64,000 bases of DNA from an uncultured Nitrososphaerales archaeon (GCA_963841565.1 CAWJCY010000012.1:160001-224000), one strand, 5' to 3'. Positions 1 to 12,069 are shown, counted from the first letter of the stretch. Numbers and translations: made by a program. The notes: a model not told the origin generated them from the sequence alone.

Positions 1-951
1 CTTTTTCATGTCATTGGCCCTGTTTAGATCCTCGTCAGATGCCGTAAGTCGAGCAACTTCGGGAATGTTATAATCATATATATCAGAAAACATCATACCC
101 AGTACCTTCGCATCTGGCGTGACTAGTCTATCACTATCGTAGCTCAGGGACTCACTACCAATTTTGTACCTCAATGCGATCCCCAATCCCCAAGGGTCTG
201 CGTCTGCAAATACCACAACTGGTTTTTTCCATACTTCATTTAAGGTCTTCACCATCATCCTTGTTGCCCTATCAGGCTCCCCGGACCCTGTCATCAAAAT
301 GGCATTATATTTTTGAATGAATCCAGATTTTCTAATATTATTCAAAACAGTGTCCTTCTCAACTACCATCACAAAGTCAGCTTTGACGTCAACTATTTCT
401 ACATCCATGATATTTGTAGGAATCAATTGTGATGTTGCACGACTTCCGAGATTACAATCTATTATATCCCCTCCAACACGTAGTAAGATGGGACCTGAAA
501 TCATTCCCTTAGGCTTTGATGTAACAGAAAACTCTTCACGTGGAACTCCAGTTAATAATTCAACAGCCTTGATAGCATCGTCTGATGCATCTTGGCTTGT
601 CCAGAATTTTTGCTTGTTCTTTTCATCTCCTACTGTGCTAAGGGTTGCGTAGTACATTCCTCTAATAGTACTCTCCATTTGCTCATCCAACAATTTCCTA
701 ACAGCATTGGACATTACAATATACTGTGAAAAGGTTGGAATTTTTTTAGTCGTATCAGGACTTATGTGGACTGTCTTCGCTCCTACCGTAAGCATTCTTT
801 TCTCTTCTGACCAAACCGTGTTATCATAACCAATCTTTGTTATGTCGAGAGAAGGCATTTTTTTTTCTGAAAGGACAACATCACAAATATCCTTCATAAT
901 TAGCCTTATCTTTTTTATCGTCTCTTTATGGCGTCTGTCCATAGCCGCCAT
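1..951 (-). CDS. top6A: DNA topoisomerase VI subunit A (Spo11-like), 3' end outside window
   Basis: Not in the ORF track. Manual translation from ATG at 951 gives MAAMDRRHKE...STIRGMYY (catalytic Tyr)...VVEKD...FADADPWG (TOPRIM DxD). Open to the window edge and directly downstream of top6B. Confidence 0.93.
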   Translation of the reverse strand, partial: MAAMDRRHKETIKKIRLIMKDICDVVLSEKKMPSLDITKIGYDNTVWSEEKRMLTVGAKTVHISPDTTKKIPTFSQYIVMSNAVRKLLDEQMESTIRGMYYATLSTVGDEKNKQKFWTSQDASDDAIKAVELLTGVPREEFSVTSKPKGMISGPILLRVGGDIIDCNLGSRATSQLIPTNIMDVEIVDVKADFVMVVEKDTVLNNIRKSGFIQKYNAILMTGSGEPDRATRMMVKTLNEVWKKPVVVFADADPWGLGIALRYKIGSESLSYDSDRLVTPDAKVLGMMFSDIYDYNIPEVARLTASDEDLNRANDMKK

Positions 952-953
952 GA

Positions 954-2882
954 CTAACCCAATTCCTCTGAAGATGTCATGAAATTCTCGATTTTCTCCT
1001 GCGTACTGTCCACACGCTTCATTTTCAAAGATTTACTTGACTTAGTGACCAAATATGCTTTTTTAGATCTCGAACTCTTATGCTGTCCTCGAACATTATG
1101 ATGCTGTTCTGGTACTGCATGATTCTCAGCGTTTGCCTTAAGTGATCGCGGGTGAGAGACTTCCTTCTTGACATGTCTATCAACCAAAGTCAAAAAGCTG
1201 CTCGTCAGATCTTCAGCGCTAACATCAATAGATTCAGAAATTGCATCTACGATCAAAGGTATATAATACTTGTAAAGTTTTAGTCTATTCTCTGCATCCT
1301 TCAAATGCATTTCATGCCGTATCTGCTTACTCACTTTCCTGTAAAGGTCACTAAGACAGGCTTTCATGTATTTTTTCAATTCACCTTCTGATGCAATGCT
1401 CTCCTTTCCTGCAGTCTTGTAAGGTATTTTTGTAGAACATATATGGAAAAAAATATGAATAGGAAGAAGATCTATCGCACGGTCCGATCGAGAATCGAGA
1501 CCGCTGAATTGCTCTTTAACTTGTTTCTTAGATACACCCATTTTGTTTAGTTCTACTTCCGAAATTACTTCCCTAGCTACGTCAGATCCTTCATCATAAA
1601 GCAATGGTATCTTGTTCGCAAATCTGTAGAGCTTGAAGTAAGAAAGATTACCACCGTATGCAAGTCCGCATTCTACTATCGTTGGTCTATTGTTAATAAT
1701 GCATGCACGTGATGAATATCCCGTTAGTGTGGGTTTCATCTCTCTTGTTGATATTTTTGGCTGTAAGTTGTCATGTGAAATCGCGTTTTCTTTCCTAGTA
1801 AAGATAGCTCTCTCTGTATTCATTCCTACTGTAAAGATTCGTTCTCCAATTGGGCTCAAATGGTCTACATTAGGGGATTGAAATTTAGTTTGCCTGCAAA
1901 TATTTACAATCTTGATCAGCTCATGCTCACTGTATTTATCAGCCTGTTTTGCTTCAATACCTGCATTTCTGATAATTTCTTTGGCCTTATCAAATGATAG
2001 CTTTTGAAAAGAATTGCATAATATACCTTGTATCGTCGTCTTCTGAAGAGCATGATTCCCAATTGCCTTCTTGAGTGTCTTTAAATCCATGTCTGCTGGG
2101 TGTGGAAGGACCTCCTTGGCGGGTTCAGGCATAATATTGGTTCTCCTATCAAATGTAATCTTTCCATCGTCCGTTGAAAAAGATATCACAGCATAGGGAT
2201 TTACAATGCTGGTCTGACTTATATAATCATATATTTTATTCTTGGTAACCGGGGAAAGCCGTCCTCTTAAAACTGCTTCTATCCGAAAGCCAGATTTTCC
2301 TTTAATAATAGATTCCTTAGGCTTAGTATCACGCCTTGTCAATACTATTGGTTTATTGGTACCTATATCAGTGCGTAACTCAAAATAATATTCGCTGGTC
2401 TCTTCAACTGATTTTGACCATACTTTAAGAGGATGATCCGTATCTTTTGTAGAAAACGCTGCTATCATTTTAAGGCCCACGCCGAATAAACCTCGCTGCT
2501 GTAGTTCGACATACTTACCTGAGGTTAGAAATGAACAGACAGCTATCGAGACTTTATCCGAACGGATCCCAATCCCATTATCTTCACATGAAATCGACCA
2601 CAAATCATTTAGAGGATCTACTAATTTGAGCGATACTGCTATTTTTGGCAAGATCCTTTCTGCCTCACATGAATCGAGGGAATTCTCGATGAGCTCGCGT
2701 ATAGCCATATACAAAATTCGCTCTCCAGTAAATCCTGCTAAGGCAGAATTATCTACGAAGAACTCAGATTCAGCCTTTCTACTAAAGTTGATCTTGGCTT
2801 TGCTTTTTGTTTGAACAACCGATGAAGTTCCCAACTGCACTGTCCTAGACGAATCCATTTCAGTAATGTTCTTAGATTTCAA
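954..2882 (-). CDS. top6B: DNA topoisomerase VI subunit B
   Basis: GHKL motifs RELIENSLD, DNGIG, RGLFGVG; transducer motifs RFANKIPLLYD and KIPYKTAGKESIA. Confidence 0.93.
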   Translation of the reverse strand: MKSKNITEMDSSRTVQLGTSSVVQTKSKAKINFSRKAESEFFVDNSALAGFTGERILYMAIRELIENSLDSCEAERILPKIAVSLKLVDPLNDLWSISCEDNGIGIRSDKVSIAVCSFLTSGKYVELQQRGLFGVGLKMIAAFSTKDTDHPLKVWSKSVEETSEYYFELRTDIGTNKPIVLTRRDTKPKESIIKGKSGFRIEAVLRGRLSPVTKNKIYDYISQTSIVNPYAVISFSTDDGKITFDRRTNIMPEPAKEVLPHPADMDLKTLKKAIGNHALQKTTIQGILCNSFQKLSFDKAKEIIRNAGIEAKQADKYSEHELIKIVNICRQTKFQSPNVDHLSPIGERIFTVGMNTERAIFTRKENAISHDNLQPKISTREMKPTLTGYSSRACIINNRPTIVECGLAYGGNLSYFKLYRFANKIPLLYDEGSDVAREVISEVELNKMGVSKKQVKEQFSGLDSRSDRAIDLLPIHIFFHICSTKIPYKTAGKESIASEGELKKYMKACLSDLYRKVSKQIRHEMHLKDAENRLKLYKYYIPLIVDAISESIDVSAEDLTSSFLTLVDRHVKKEVSHPRSLKANAENHAVPEQHHNVRGQHKSSRSKKAYLVTKSSKSLKMKRVDSTQEKIENFMTSSEELG

Positions 2883-3517
2883 ACATTTTCAGTAGTTAGC
2901 GAACTAGATTTAACCTTTTACCGAGATTCGATTTATCCTATAACAAGTTTAGCACGTCGTCTTCGTTTTCAACGTGAGATTCGATGAGATCGGGTTGCAC
3001 GCCATTATTGTCTAACTGCCGAAGAATTTGAATAGGAAGAGCGAAGTATGGACTAAGTTCTGAGCATTCAAGTTATCCAAGATGGGCGTACGAGAGTTAA
3101 TAGTCTGACGTTGCCCTGTGCAAAATATACATTTGATCGATCGGCCCAATTGCCAAATGAAGGATGGAACTTGATGGTTAGTTTACAACCAATGACACTA
3201 GATTTGAGCCTAAGATATCTACAAAGGTAACAGAAAAGGATGCATCGACTGGTCTATCTGATTGATATTTAGGTTGCTCGTTTCGAAAATATTAAGAAAA
3301 AACCCAAAATCTAATGAGTCTCTTCCAAAAAATTTGAGTACCATTTAACATAACCTAGGGAATAGCCGAAATCATTAGAATCAGGCAGGCGTCTTGCAAG
3401 GCTTCATGGTTCTTTAGATCATTTCTGACAGTGTTCTAAAAGCTGTTGATACATACAACATTTCGATTACGATGACTATGACAGGAGCTGGAAGATCAAT
3501 AAACCAAATGAGATGAG

Positions 3518-3590
3518 AGCCCTAGATGGGATTTGAACCCATGGCCTAGGGTTTACGAAACCCTCGCTCTGCCAGCTGAGCTACTAGGGC
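3518..3590 (-). tRNA. tRNA-Thr(CGU)
   Basis: Cloverleaf with GCCCTAG/CTAGGGC acceptor, anticodon arm AGGGT-TTCGTAA-ACCCT and T-loop TTCAAAT; TATA-like TTAAATA about 25 nt upstream. Confidence 0.95.
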
Positions 3591-3697
3591 TCAAGATTTC
3601 TGTTGGGGACATTTTTATTTAATTCTTCACCTCTATAAACTGTGACTAACCGATATCCAGAACACGAATAAATAGTTGAGTAGATAAAGCACTTACA

Positions 3698-5026
3698 ATG
3701 AAAGTATCCATTTCAGGAATCAGAGGTGAGTATGGAAATGATTTGCTATCAACCGATGTGGGTAAGTTCACCAGATCTTTTCGGCGACGTTAATAAAAAG
3801 CAGTAATTCCTGTATTGTCTCGAGGGATACTCGACCATCGGGTCAAATCTTAGCTTACGCAACCTTAACCTCGCTATTGGAACAAGGAGTCCAAGTATTT
3901 TACCTTGATATTGCCCCTACTCCTATCACATTTAGGGAAGCAAGAAAACATAAAGGTGGAATAATAATAACTGCTTCACATAATCCCTTGAATTGGAACG
4001 GGCTAAAATTCATCTTGAATGGGAGAGGAATATCTGAGCAAGATTTAGAAAGTATACTTGCATATAAAGAGCTTCGTCCAAGTACACCAGGATCAGTATT
4101 TCGAACTACTTCCTCATATGTGGATGATGTATTGAACTTTATGCAGGACAGAAATCATTCTTATAAAAAAAGGATAGGACTAGATCCCGGTGGTGGAGCC
4201 GCTTGTAGGCACGTAAACATGTTATTTCATGAATTAGGCAACGATTATTTAGCTATTAATGATGCTTACGGTATATCCTCAAGGGGTACCGATCCAACGG
4301 TTGAAAACCTGCACGAGTTAGGTTCATTAGTAACGAATAATAAATTATCACTTGGGTTTGCATTTGACCTAGATGGAGACAGGGTAGTCGTAGTAGATAG
4401 ATACGGTAGAAAAATGGAGCCAGATGCAACTCTGTTACTGTGTGTTGGTGCAGCAATTGACCAAGGTGCCCGGAAATTTGTTGTGAGTTTGGACACAAGT
4501 CTTGCTCTAGAGAAATTTATCAGGTATTCAGGGGGGCAGATCGTTTACTCTAAAGTAGGAGAAGCGAATGTTGTTAGCAAAATGATAGAGACAGGTGCTG
4601 ATGCAGGAGGTGAAGGAAGGCAGCGCTGGCTACATTTCTCCCAACTTCAACATGTGTAGAGATGGATTACTAGCAAGTGCTTTGATCTCAGGCTTAGAAG
4701 AAGAAAAACAAGAGAAATACCTTCATTTCATTAGAACTTACAAACAGCAAAGATCTAAGATCTATGTTCCTAATTCAGCGAAATTCAAAATTATCAACGA
4801 GTTGGTTGAGCCCCTACGAAAAATCGCTACTGAAACCATCCTTGACGATGGTATAAAGGCACTGTTAGATGAAAATTCATGGATTCTAGTAAGACCATCA
4901 AATACAGAGGATATCTTGAGGATTTCAGTCGAGTCGACCGTAAACAAAACTCACGATTTGTTCGAGTTTATAAAAGCAAAGGTAATCGCCATTAATGAGA
5001 GAATCAAGGGAACAGCAGATAATTAA
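3698..5026 (+). CDS. Phosphomannomutase/phosphoglucomutase family (two frameshifts, near 3780 and 4620)
   Basis: MKVSISGIRG N-terminus at 3698; RDTRPSG, TASHNP (phospho-Ser), DLDGDR (metal) and GEGSSAG (after repair) motifs; C-terminal VRPSNTE. Confidence 0.88.
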
Positions 5027-5978
5027 CATTCTATCTTCCCAGCTTCGTCTCCAGAAGCAACCATTCCCTCTAGATGATGTAGCGCTTATCGATTTGGGTA
5101 GGACGAAGCGACCTCTACTGCTGGCTTTCAAATGCGACATGCTGGTCGGAAGTACTGACATACCACCTTTTATGAAATTGTGGCAAGTCGCCAGAAAAAG
5201 CATAGTATCGTGTGTAAGCGATTTCGCCGCAAAAGGGCTTACACCGTCAGTATGCATCCTTTCCTTGGGTCTTCCCCGATCAATCTCACTTTACAACATC
5301 AAAGAGTTGACTTACGGGTTCAGGAGGGCCTCCAAAGAGTTTGGAATTAACATCATAGGGGGGGACACTAATCATAGCAACGAATTTACGATAGATTGTT
5401 CGATGTTTGGTCATTCGAATCTTCCAATTTCTACGATACCAGCTCAGAGCGGAGCAAAGCCTGGAGACGTAATTGTTACCTCAGGAGTCTTTGGACAGAC
5501 TGCAGCAGGTCTTAAAATAGTATTGAATAATGCAAGGGTAAAAAAACAGAACAAAGCCAAATATACGTCGTCCGTGATGCTTCCCAAACCAAGACTAAAA
5601 TTTGGGATTTCTCTTCGGAAATTTCTTTCTTCCTCTATTGATTCTAGTGATGGTCTAGCCAGCTCATTGTATCGACTAGCGATTAAGAGCAATGTGGATT
5701 TTCATGTTGAAAGTATTCCTATTGCTTCTGGGATAGATGAGTTTGCCTCTGAGAATGGGATCCGTAGTAAGGAGTTGGTAATGTATGGAGGTGAGGAATT
5801 CGAAATAGTAGGAACCATTCCTATAGGCCGATTGAGTAAAGCACGACAAGTAGCGAGGACTAAAGGGTTGAAATTAATTGAAATAGGTAAGGTATTAAGG
5901 GGGACGGGGAAGGTCTTCTTGACGAGGAAAGATGATATTCCTGAGGAAGTGGAAAACAGAGGCTATTCAGACTTGTGA
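4995..5978 (+). CDS. thiL: Thiamine-monophosphate kinase
   Basis: DDVA, VSDFAAKG, GGDT, DSSDGL and GGEEFE motifs. Confidence 0.92.
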   Translation: MRESREQQIINILSSQLRLQKQPFPLDDVALIDLGRTKRPLLLAFKCDMLVGSTDIPPFMKLWQVARKSIVSCVSDFAAKGLTPSVCILSLGLPRSISLYNIKELTYGFRRASKEFGINIIGGDTNHSNEFTIDCSMFGHSNLPISTIPAQSGAKPGDVIVTSGVFGQTAAGLKIVLNNARVKKQNKAKYTSSVMLPKPRLKFGISLRKFLSSSIDSSDGLASSLYRLAIKSNVDFHVESIPIASGIDEFASENGIRSKELVMYGGEEFEIVGTIPIGRLSKARQVARTKGLKLIEIGKVLRGTGKVFLTRKDDIPEEVENRGYSDL

Positions 5979-6228
5979 ATTCAGCACAATTACAATACGA
6001 TGCATGCCAAAGTACCATATCTACATGTAAAACTAAGGCTTCTGAACTTATCCCATTGACTGAGGATGGAAATGTCCAATTCGGAAATTGATCCTCCCTT
6101 TACGAATTACATTCTCTATTGAAATTAACGGCAAGGAAAAACTGAAGTAAACGGCGTCAAAGCCAATCTACATATGCAACTCGATGCACTACATTCATAT
6201 TGATCTGCTAAACGATATCTTCCGAACT

Positions 6229-6639
6229 ATGAGTGATCAAGCTAACGAAATAGTCCAATATAAGTGGGGGGTTGCACACATTTTCAGCAGCTATAATAAT
6301 ACTTTGGTGCATATTACGGATCTTAGCGGGGCTGAAACGATTTCGTTTAGTTCAGGTGGGAGACATGTTACTGCTGATCGATATGAATCTTCGCCCTATG
6401 CCGCGATGAAGTCCGCGGTGGCTGCAGCTGATATGGCAAAAACAAAAGGGATTAACGCTCTTCATATTAGGGTAAGGGCCGTGGGCGGAGTGGGACCGAG
6501 AATTCCTGGCCCAGGTGCCCAGGCAGCAATTAGAGCTTTAGCGAGGGCAGGCTTTCGAATCGGTAGAATAGATGACGTTACACCTATTCCCCATGATACT
6601 ACTAGAAAGCCAGGTGGCAGAAGAGGACGAAGAGTCTAG
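6229..6639 (+). CDS. rps11: 30S ribosomal protein S11
   Basis: [10 protein letters not shown]...[13 protein letters not shown]...DVTPIPHD...GGRRGRRV; start set at MSDQ. Confidence 0.97.
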   Translation: MSDQANEIVQYKWGVAHIFSSYNNTLVHITDLSGAETISFSSGGRHVTADRYESSPYAAMKSAVAAADMAKTKGINALHIRVRAVGGVGPRIPGPGAQAAIRALARAGFRIGRIDDVTPIPHDTTRKPGGRRGRRV

Positions 6640-6699
6640 CAAATGAGCTCCTTCTTTTTCTTATTAGTAAATAAGATATAAAAACGCCGCATTGGCTTG

Positions 6700-9384
6700 C
6701 TAGTTTCCTATATCAATTGAGTAGGTGCTGCTAATGACCTCAGGACGAAACGCCTGCTGATTTGGTAAATTTCTGAATTGCACCCTGACTGTCTCTCGAT
6801 ACGGATCAAGAATAATCTCGGAGTCTTGTGGCGACCCCGCAATGTAGAATTTGTGGTGAAAGCATATAGGTACTGAATTGCTTCTTATAGAATCTGGGAC
6901 TTGGGGATCAATGATTATTTGGTTATCAACTAAGTTGATGCGCATCCCTAGAAATAGTTCGCGGACAGAGTAGACATACATTGCCAACGACCATGCTTGC
7001 AAAATACATGAATTGAATGGTTCTGGCCTATCCCCTCTGTAAGTCTCTGCGAACATCCCGTTCTCAGACAGTATTCTCTCCGCCATAGACTCGATATAGT
7101 AGAGCGCTTGTTCTTTACGTCCGTACTTTGTCTCAACGGCAGCCGCCCAGCCGGTGACAAGTGGCCAGATTGCTCCATCATGATAAAGACTTGGGTGGTA
7201 TTTTGGATCGAGAGAGCTAAGGGTTCTTACGCCCCATGGTGTAGTAATGTCACTTTTTTCAATCCTTCTTAGTACTGATTCGGCATGAGTCTTTACATCA
7301 GTAACCCCAGTCATTAACATGACAAGAGCGTTAGGTCTTATACTAGCATCTTTAGTACCATTTCTCCTTATAGTATCAAAATAGAATCCCTCTTTGTTGT
7401 CCCAATATTCAGACTCTATTTTTTGCTTTAAGTTAAATGCACCCTTTTCCCACCTCTTCAGATGTAATTTGTCATCCATGATTTTCGCCAGATCGATACC
7501 AATATGCAAGCTTTCGTAGAATAGAGCTTGGACGTCGTTGGCACTCTTCCTTCTATCTATATGGTCCATCCAAGTAGAATCCTGAATAGGTAGTTTTTCT
7601 GCAACACCGGTGAAACCATGTTCAATCAATCCATCGCCGTCAATATCTTTACTAAACCCACAGTTGATCAAATCAACTATATTGTTCCACCTTTTCCTAA
7701 GGTAACCAATGTTTCCAGTTGAATACACATATTCTCTGATACTCCAAGGAAAGAGGAAAGTGGAGTCGGCCGATCCATAAGTAGTGCTATGCAGAAAAGC
7801 CTTACCGCTTATAATCATAGGAAGCTCACCTTTAATTGTAGTTCTAGTTGTTCTCCTGGCTTGATGTTTTAAAAAATTCTCTAAGACAGACAAAACAAAT
7901 TCATAATCTCCGATCGAGAGGTAACCCTTTAATGACCAACCTGTATCTCTAGCCCAATAGTTTGGAAATCGAGGTAAGCCTGCACAGATACCGGGGCCAA
8001 GCTCGTCATATTCTGCTTTGAGATACTCCATTCCTGTTTTTGCCTTCTCAAAGGCTTTGGCAATTTTTACAATAGTCGGGTTTTGCTTAGAATTTGGCTG
8101 GATATCTAGCGTATTTGATGAAATAGCTAGGTCGAAATGTTCTTGCGTTTCTTGTAAAAGCGGTTTGTAATTGTCTCTGATGGTTTGAAATTCATCGAGA
8201 CATTCTCTAGAACTATTGAAACTTCCGGCTGCAATCAAAGCGATTTCGCTTGTTCCTCCGGCGGGAATCTTGATATCATATGATAGTTCTAGATCATTAT
8301 CGAAAGTATCGACCAGGATTCGAGATGGTTTCAGTTCCTTAGGAGCAATACCAATAGTTCCAAAGTAGTGGGCGATTCCTTTTCTTGCTCCAGTCTGCAC
8401 TTGAAGACAATTTTCGTTCTCAATGAACTTAGAAGAATTGCTCTGGGAAATGGCTCGCTAGTCCGTAGCTGGTAATATTACCATCTATAATAAAATGAAT
8501 GCGTACCTTACGCTTTGCCTTAAGAGATCGCTTTCTGGGACTCAACTTTGGGAGATCTATACTTCTGTCAATTAATTCAAGAATTGTCACGAATCCTTTT
8601 CGTTCAGTTGGGACAAACAACTTTCTTTTCACTTGAAGCCCGGCCAACTCATGTCTAGTTGAAAGCACGCCTTTCTCATGTCTTGAGGAGGCAACGAAAT
8701 TGGGAAGCTTTTTCTCACTTGATCTTCAATTGAAAGCTCTACAATAATTCTGCCAAATGCCCGTACTGGAGGTACATATAACCCACCGTTGTCATATCTG
8801 ACCCCCATCCATGTCCAATTGGCAGAAATGGAACCATTGGAAGAACAAACAATATATGCCTTCTTTCCAGATAAAATAAGAGGAGACGTGAAATTCTTAA
8901 AGATGGTATCTTCATTATTGGTATCGTATATGAGATCTTCCAATATGTTTGATGGAATTAGAATTTTCTCTCTTTGTTCACCAACATAGTCGATAAGTGT
9001 AAAGGGGATAATTATTTGTTCAAAACCCTCCAATTTGCTTAGGATTACGATCTTATGCTTTTTCCCTTGTGGCAATCCTTCTTTACTAATAATAAGAAAC
9101 CTTGCGCTCTGGAAAGGTCTAAATGGAAGTGGGCGGTTTTCTGAAATTGACGCTGCATTCACCATGTCTTCTGTAGTTGCTACGAAGATAGATTTCTTGG
9201 GATAGGGTATCTCATTGACATAAATGTCCAATGATACAACATTTCCTCCCAAAGGAACCGGAGGGTTTAGCAAGGAAAATATGAATCCATTATACTTGTC
9301 TTCTCCCGTGACAATGGTCACATTCCTTAAACTTCCTTCAATATAAGAGAGTAAAGTATGTGTTTTATCTAGTGTTCTAGCCAT
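6700..9384 (-). CDS. Amylo-alpha-1,6-glucosidase/glycogen-debranching-like glycoside hydrolase with extra N-terminal domain (two frameshifts, near 8710 and 8450)
   Basis: Three overlapping ORFs join into one gene; (alpha/alpha)6 GDE motifs AGLPRFPNYWARD, TWMD, YHDGAIWP, QAWS. Confidence 0.82.
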
Positions 9385-9596
9385 ACTTGATCATCCCTGA
9401 CTAGAACTAGTTCGAAGTAATAGAGCATATAAAAGTATTCAAAGACAATAACGTTTACAAATAGTACTTCTTAATATTGATTGGATCCTAGATATGGGCT
9501 CAGTTGGACATATGATTGGAGAACGATGACCCTGTTCTTGTCTGCTGCTAAAGAGAAAAATTTGGGTTAAACGGATGATTTGACGAGAATAATAAT

Positions 9597-10466
9597 TTGG
9601 TTGTCATCAACAACCTACGTGTTGATAACAGATCGCCGACTAGAATAATGGGTGTACTTAATGTCAGCCCTGAATCATTTTACAAAGGCTCGGTAAAAAC
9701 GTCAAGACATGATATTGAAATTACAGCGATTAGTATGGAAGTTAGCGGCGCAAGCCTTATTGACATAGGTGGGATGTCAACAGCTCCTTATTTAATGACG
9801 GAGATTTCAATCAATGAGGAAACAAAGCGAGTAGCGGAAGCTGTTAGTCTAGTAAAAAGGTGTTGTAATTTGCCGATATCAGTTGACACACCAAGAGCTG
9901 AAGTCGCAGAGGAAGCAATAAAGAGAGGCGCCTCACTCGTTAACGATGTAACAGGGCTAAAATTTGACAAGAACATGGCTAATATGATCGCCGGCTATGG
10001 AATCCCAGTTGTAGTTGGAGCATATAGCAAAGATCGCATATCTGGAACTCTATCTTCCACTCTTAAAGCATTACGTGAAAGTCTGAAGTTAGCCAAAAAT
10101 GCTGGAATTGCTGAGAACAAAATCATAGTGGATCCATCTATTGGCTTTTTTAGAAAGGAAATTACAAATAATTTTAGTACTAGGGTGGCAGCCTTGTCTT
10201 GGTACGCTCGTGACCAGCAGATAATAAGGAATCTGAATAAACTACAATGTCTTTCTAAACCGATCTCAGTTGGAGTTTCAAGTAAATCCTTTATGGGAGA
10301 ACTTTTCAAATTGAAGCTTGATGATAGGCTAGTTCCTGACCTCATTTCGGAACTGAAATGCTCACTAGCAGGTGCAAAAATATTGCGGACTCACCATGTC
10401 AAAGAAACCTCACTTGCCCTTAAAGCATGCAAATTGTTCGGAATTGGCAGACGAAATTTTTTTTAA
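9597..10466 (+). CDS. folP: Dihydropteroate synthase
   Basis: IMGVLNVSPESF, IDIGGMST, ISVDT, NDVTG, DPSIGF, SSKSF and LRTHHV motifs. Confidence 0.92.
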   Translation: MVVINNLRVDNRSPTRIMGVLNVSPESFYKGSVKTSRHDIEITAISMEVSGASLIDIGGMSTAPYLMTEISINEETKRVAEAVSLVKRCCNLPISVDTPRAEVAEEAIKRGASLVNDVTGLKFDKNMANMIAGYGIPVVVGAYSKDRISGTLSSTLKALRESLKLAKNAGIAENKIIVDPSIGFFRKEITNNFSTRVAALSWYARDQQIIRNLNKLQCLSKPISVGVSSKSFMGELFKLKLDDRLVPDLISELKCSLAGAKILRTHHVKETSLALKACKLFGIGRRNFF

Positions 10467-10994
10467 CAACGGACACTGCAAAAAACCAAGCCTATTGTAA
10501 CAGGTCGGGACCATATGTTCTTCCCTTGGTGACCTGTTTTCGAAACACAACATTGAACACTACTTCATATTGACAAATCTGTAGCACCTTAATCTGAATT
10601 TTTATCTTTGGCCAAAGGAATAAGATCTAAAGATTTCCCCATAAACAAATCAGTTTTCACGACTGTTTCATAAGGAACAGAATTATCAATCGTAATCGCT
10701 TATTCAGCTGCCTGTTTCTAATTCGATTACTGGACAATACATGAGTTTATTCTTGCCTCGGCCGAGGCGCTACGGACAAACACAAGGCGTTCGTAACAGT
10801 AGTAACAACTAATTATATGCCAGTCTTATGTAAACACGGAATACAGAAAAGGTACAAGTCAATTGCAAATTGATGGATGAAATCCATGTGATTAAACGTT
10901 CAAACCATGTTAGCAGGAAGTACGCAGCATATTGACACAATTTGAATAAATCATTTTTGGGGGTGGGCACAAGTTAACGGCATCACTTTAAGGC

Positions 10995-11486
10995 CTACAT
11001 CGGCACTTTCTTCAAATTATCTGTTTTGGCATATTTCAAAAATGCAGTAGACAAGTCGACACCAGTAATGTTGGCTTGTGACAGATTTGATTCAACAAGT
11101 ATCGTCCTTGTTAGAATGCAATAGGAGAGATCCGAATTACTCAAGTTTGACCACATCAAATTTGTTCCTGTTAAATCTGCGTGAGGCATGTTACACCTAC
11201 TTAAGTCAGAATACATCATTAAAGCGGAAGTCAGATTAGACTTCTCGAAGTTGGCCTTTGATAAGTCTGATTGCACAAGGTTGGCTTGGCATAAATTCGA
11301 ATTAGAAAAATTGCAACCAACGCAAGATACTCCATTCAAAAGAGCGCCAGAAAGATCGAGATTGGATAAATCGGTTCCGTCTAGGTTGAGTTTAAGGATC
11401 AAATTTTTCAATCGCCATTCATTGAATTCATTAATTCTGTGACTTCTGAGAAAAGTCGAAACAACAGATTGAATGTTAGAGGACAT
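10995..11486 (-). CDS. Pentapeptide-repeat protein
   Basis: Continuous A/S-[DN]-L-x-x pentapeptide repeats over most of the length. Confidence 0.9.
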   Translation of the reverse strand: MSSNIQSVVSTFLRSHRINEFNEWRLKNLILKLNLDGTDLSNLDLSGALLNGVSCVGCNFSNSNLCQANLVQSDLSKANFEKSNLTSALMMYSDLSRCNMPHADLTGTNLMWSNLSNSDLSYCILTRTILVESNLSQANITGVDLSTAFLKYAKTDNLKKVPM

Positions 11487-11607
11487 GTGCTAAACTTAAA
11501 ATCTCCAATAAACGCATCCTAAACAAATTTATCGCTACCATCATAGAGTGAAGGACCGGACTTAAGCAAGGCGGACTGTCTAAGACGCCACGATCCCTGC
11601 ATTTCAG

Positions 11608-12069
11608 CTATCTAAGCCCCGGGATCTCCAATAACTTAGAGGAAGGGAGGTTGATGAGATTCTCTTGCCTATCATCCTTAGATATCTCTTCAAATTCTAT
11701 GGTGATCTCAACTGGTCCTTTAAATCGTTCACTAATTTCGTTGGCCAATTTCGCTATTTCATGAGGAGCTGTGAATTCCTTTGATCCGTTGAGAAACACT
11801 CGGCTTTGGCGGCGCAAGATTTCTCCTCCGAAGTTATCGTGCAACATTTCAATCAATTCATCTACTATGTTCTTTGGAACATCATTATAGTAAATTGCTA
11901 ACCCATGAACAGGTTCCTTGTCATACGGTGTCCCATATCTATACCAAAAAACTCCGAAATGCTCGTAATCTCCTTGCAAGCATTTAATCTCCCAATGATT
12001 AGCCCTTTCTAATGGATAAGTCGCCACAAACAAGTCTTCAATTGTGAGTCGCCAATACCTAATCCGCAT
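11608..12069 (-). CDS. Hypothetical protein
   Basis: 153-aa ORF with protein-like composition; no motif recognised. Confidence 0.7.
   Translation of the reverse strand: MRIRYWRLTIEDLFVATYPLERANHWEIKCLQGDYEHFGVFWYRYGTPYDKEPVHGLAIYYNDVPKNIVDELIEMLHDNFGGEILRRQSRVFLNGSKEFTAPHEIAKLANEISERFKGPVEITIEFEEISKDDRQENLINLPSSKLLEIPGLR

Noticed and set aside
317-652. 111-aa + strand ORF and the many similar short antisense ORFs in the track
   Set aside because: Antisense shadows of well-supported genes (here top6A).
2923-2990. GAGATTCGAT direct repeat upstream of top6B
   Set aside because: Only two short copies; not a CRISPR array or iteron set.
10755-10768. Perfect 14-bp palindrome GCCTCGGCCGAGGC in an intergenic region
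   Set aside because: Single occurrence, no loop and no supporting context.
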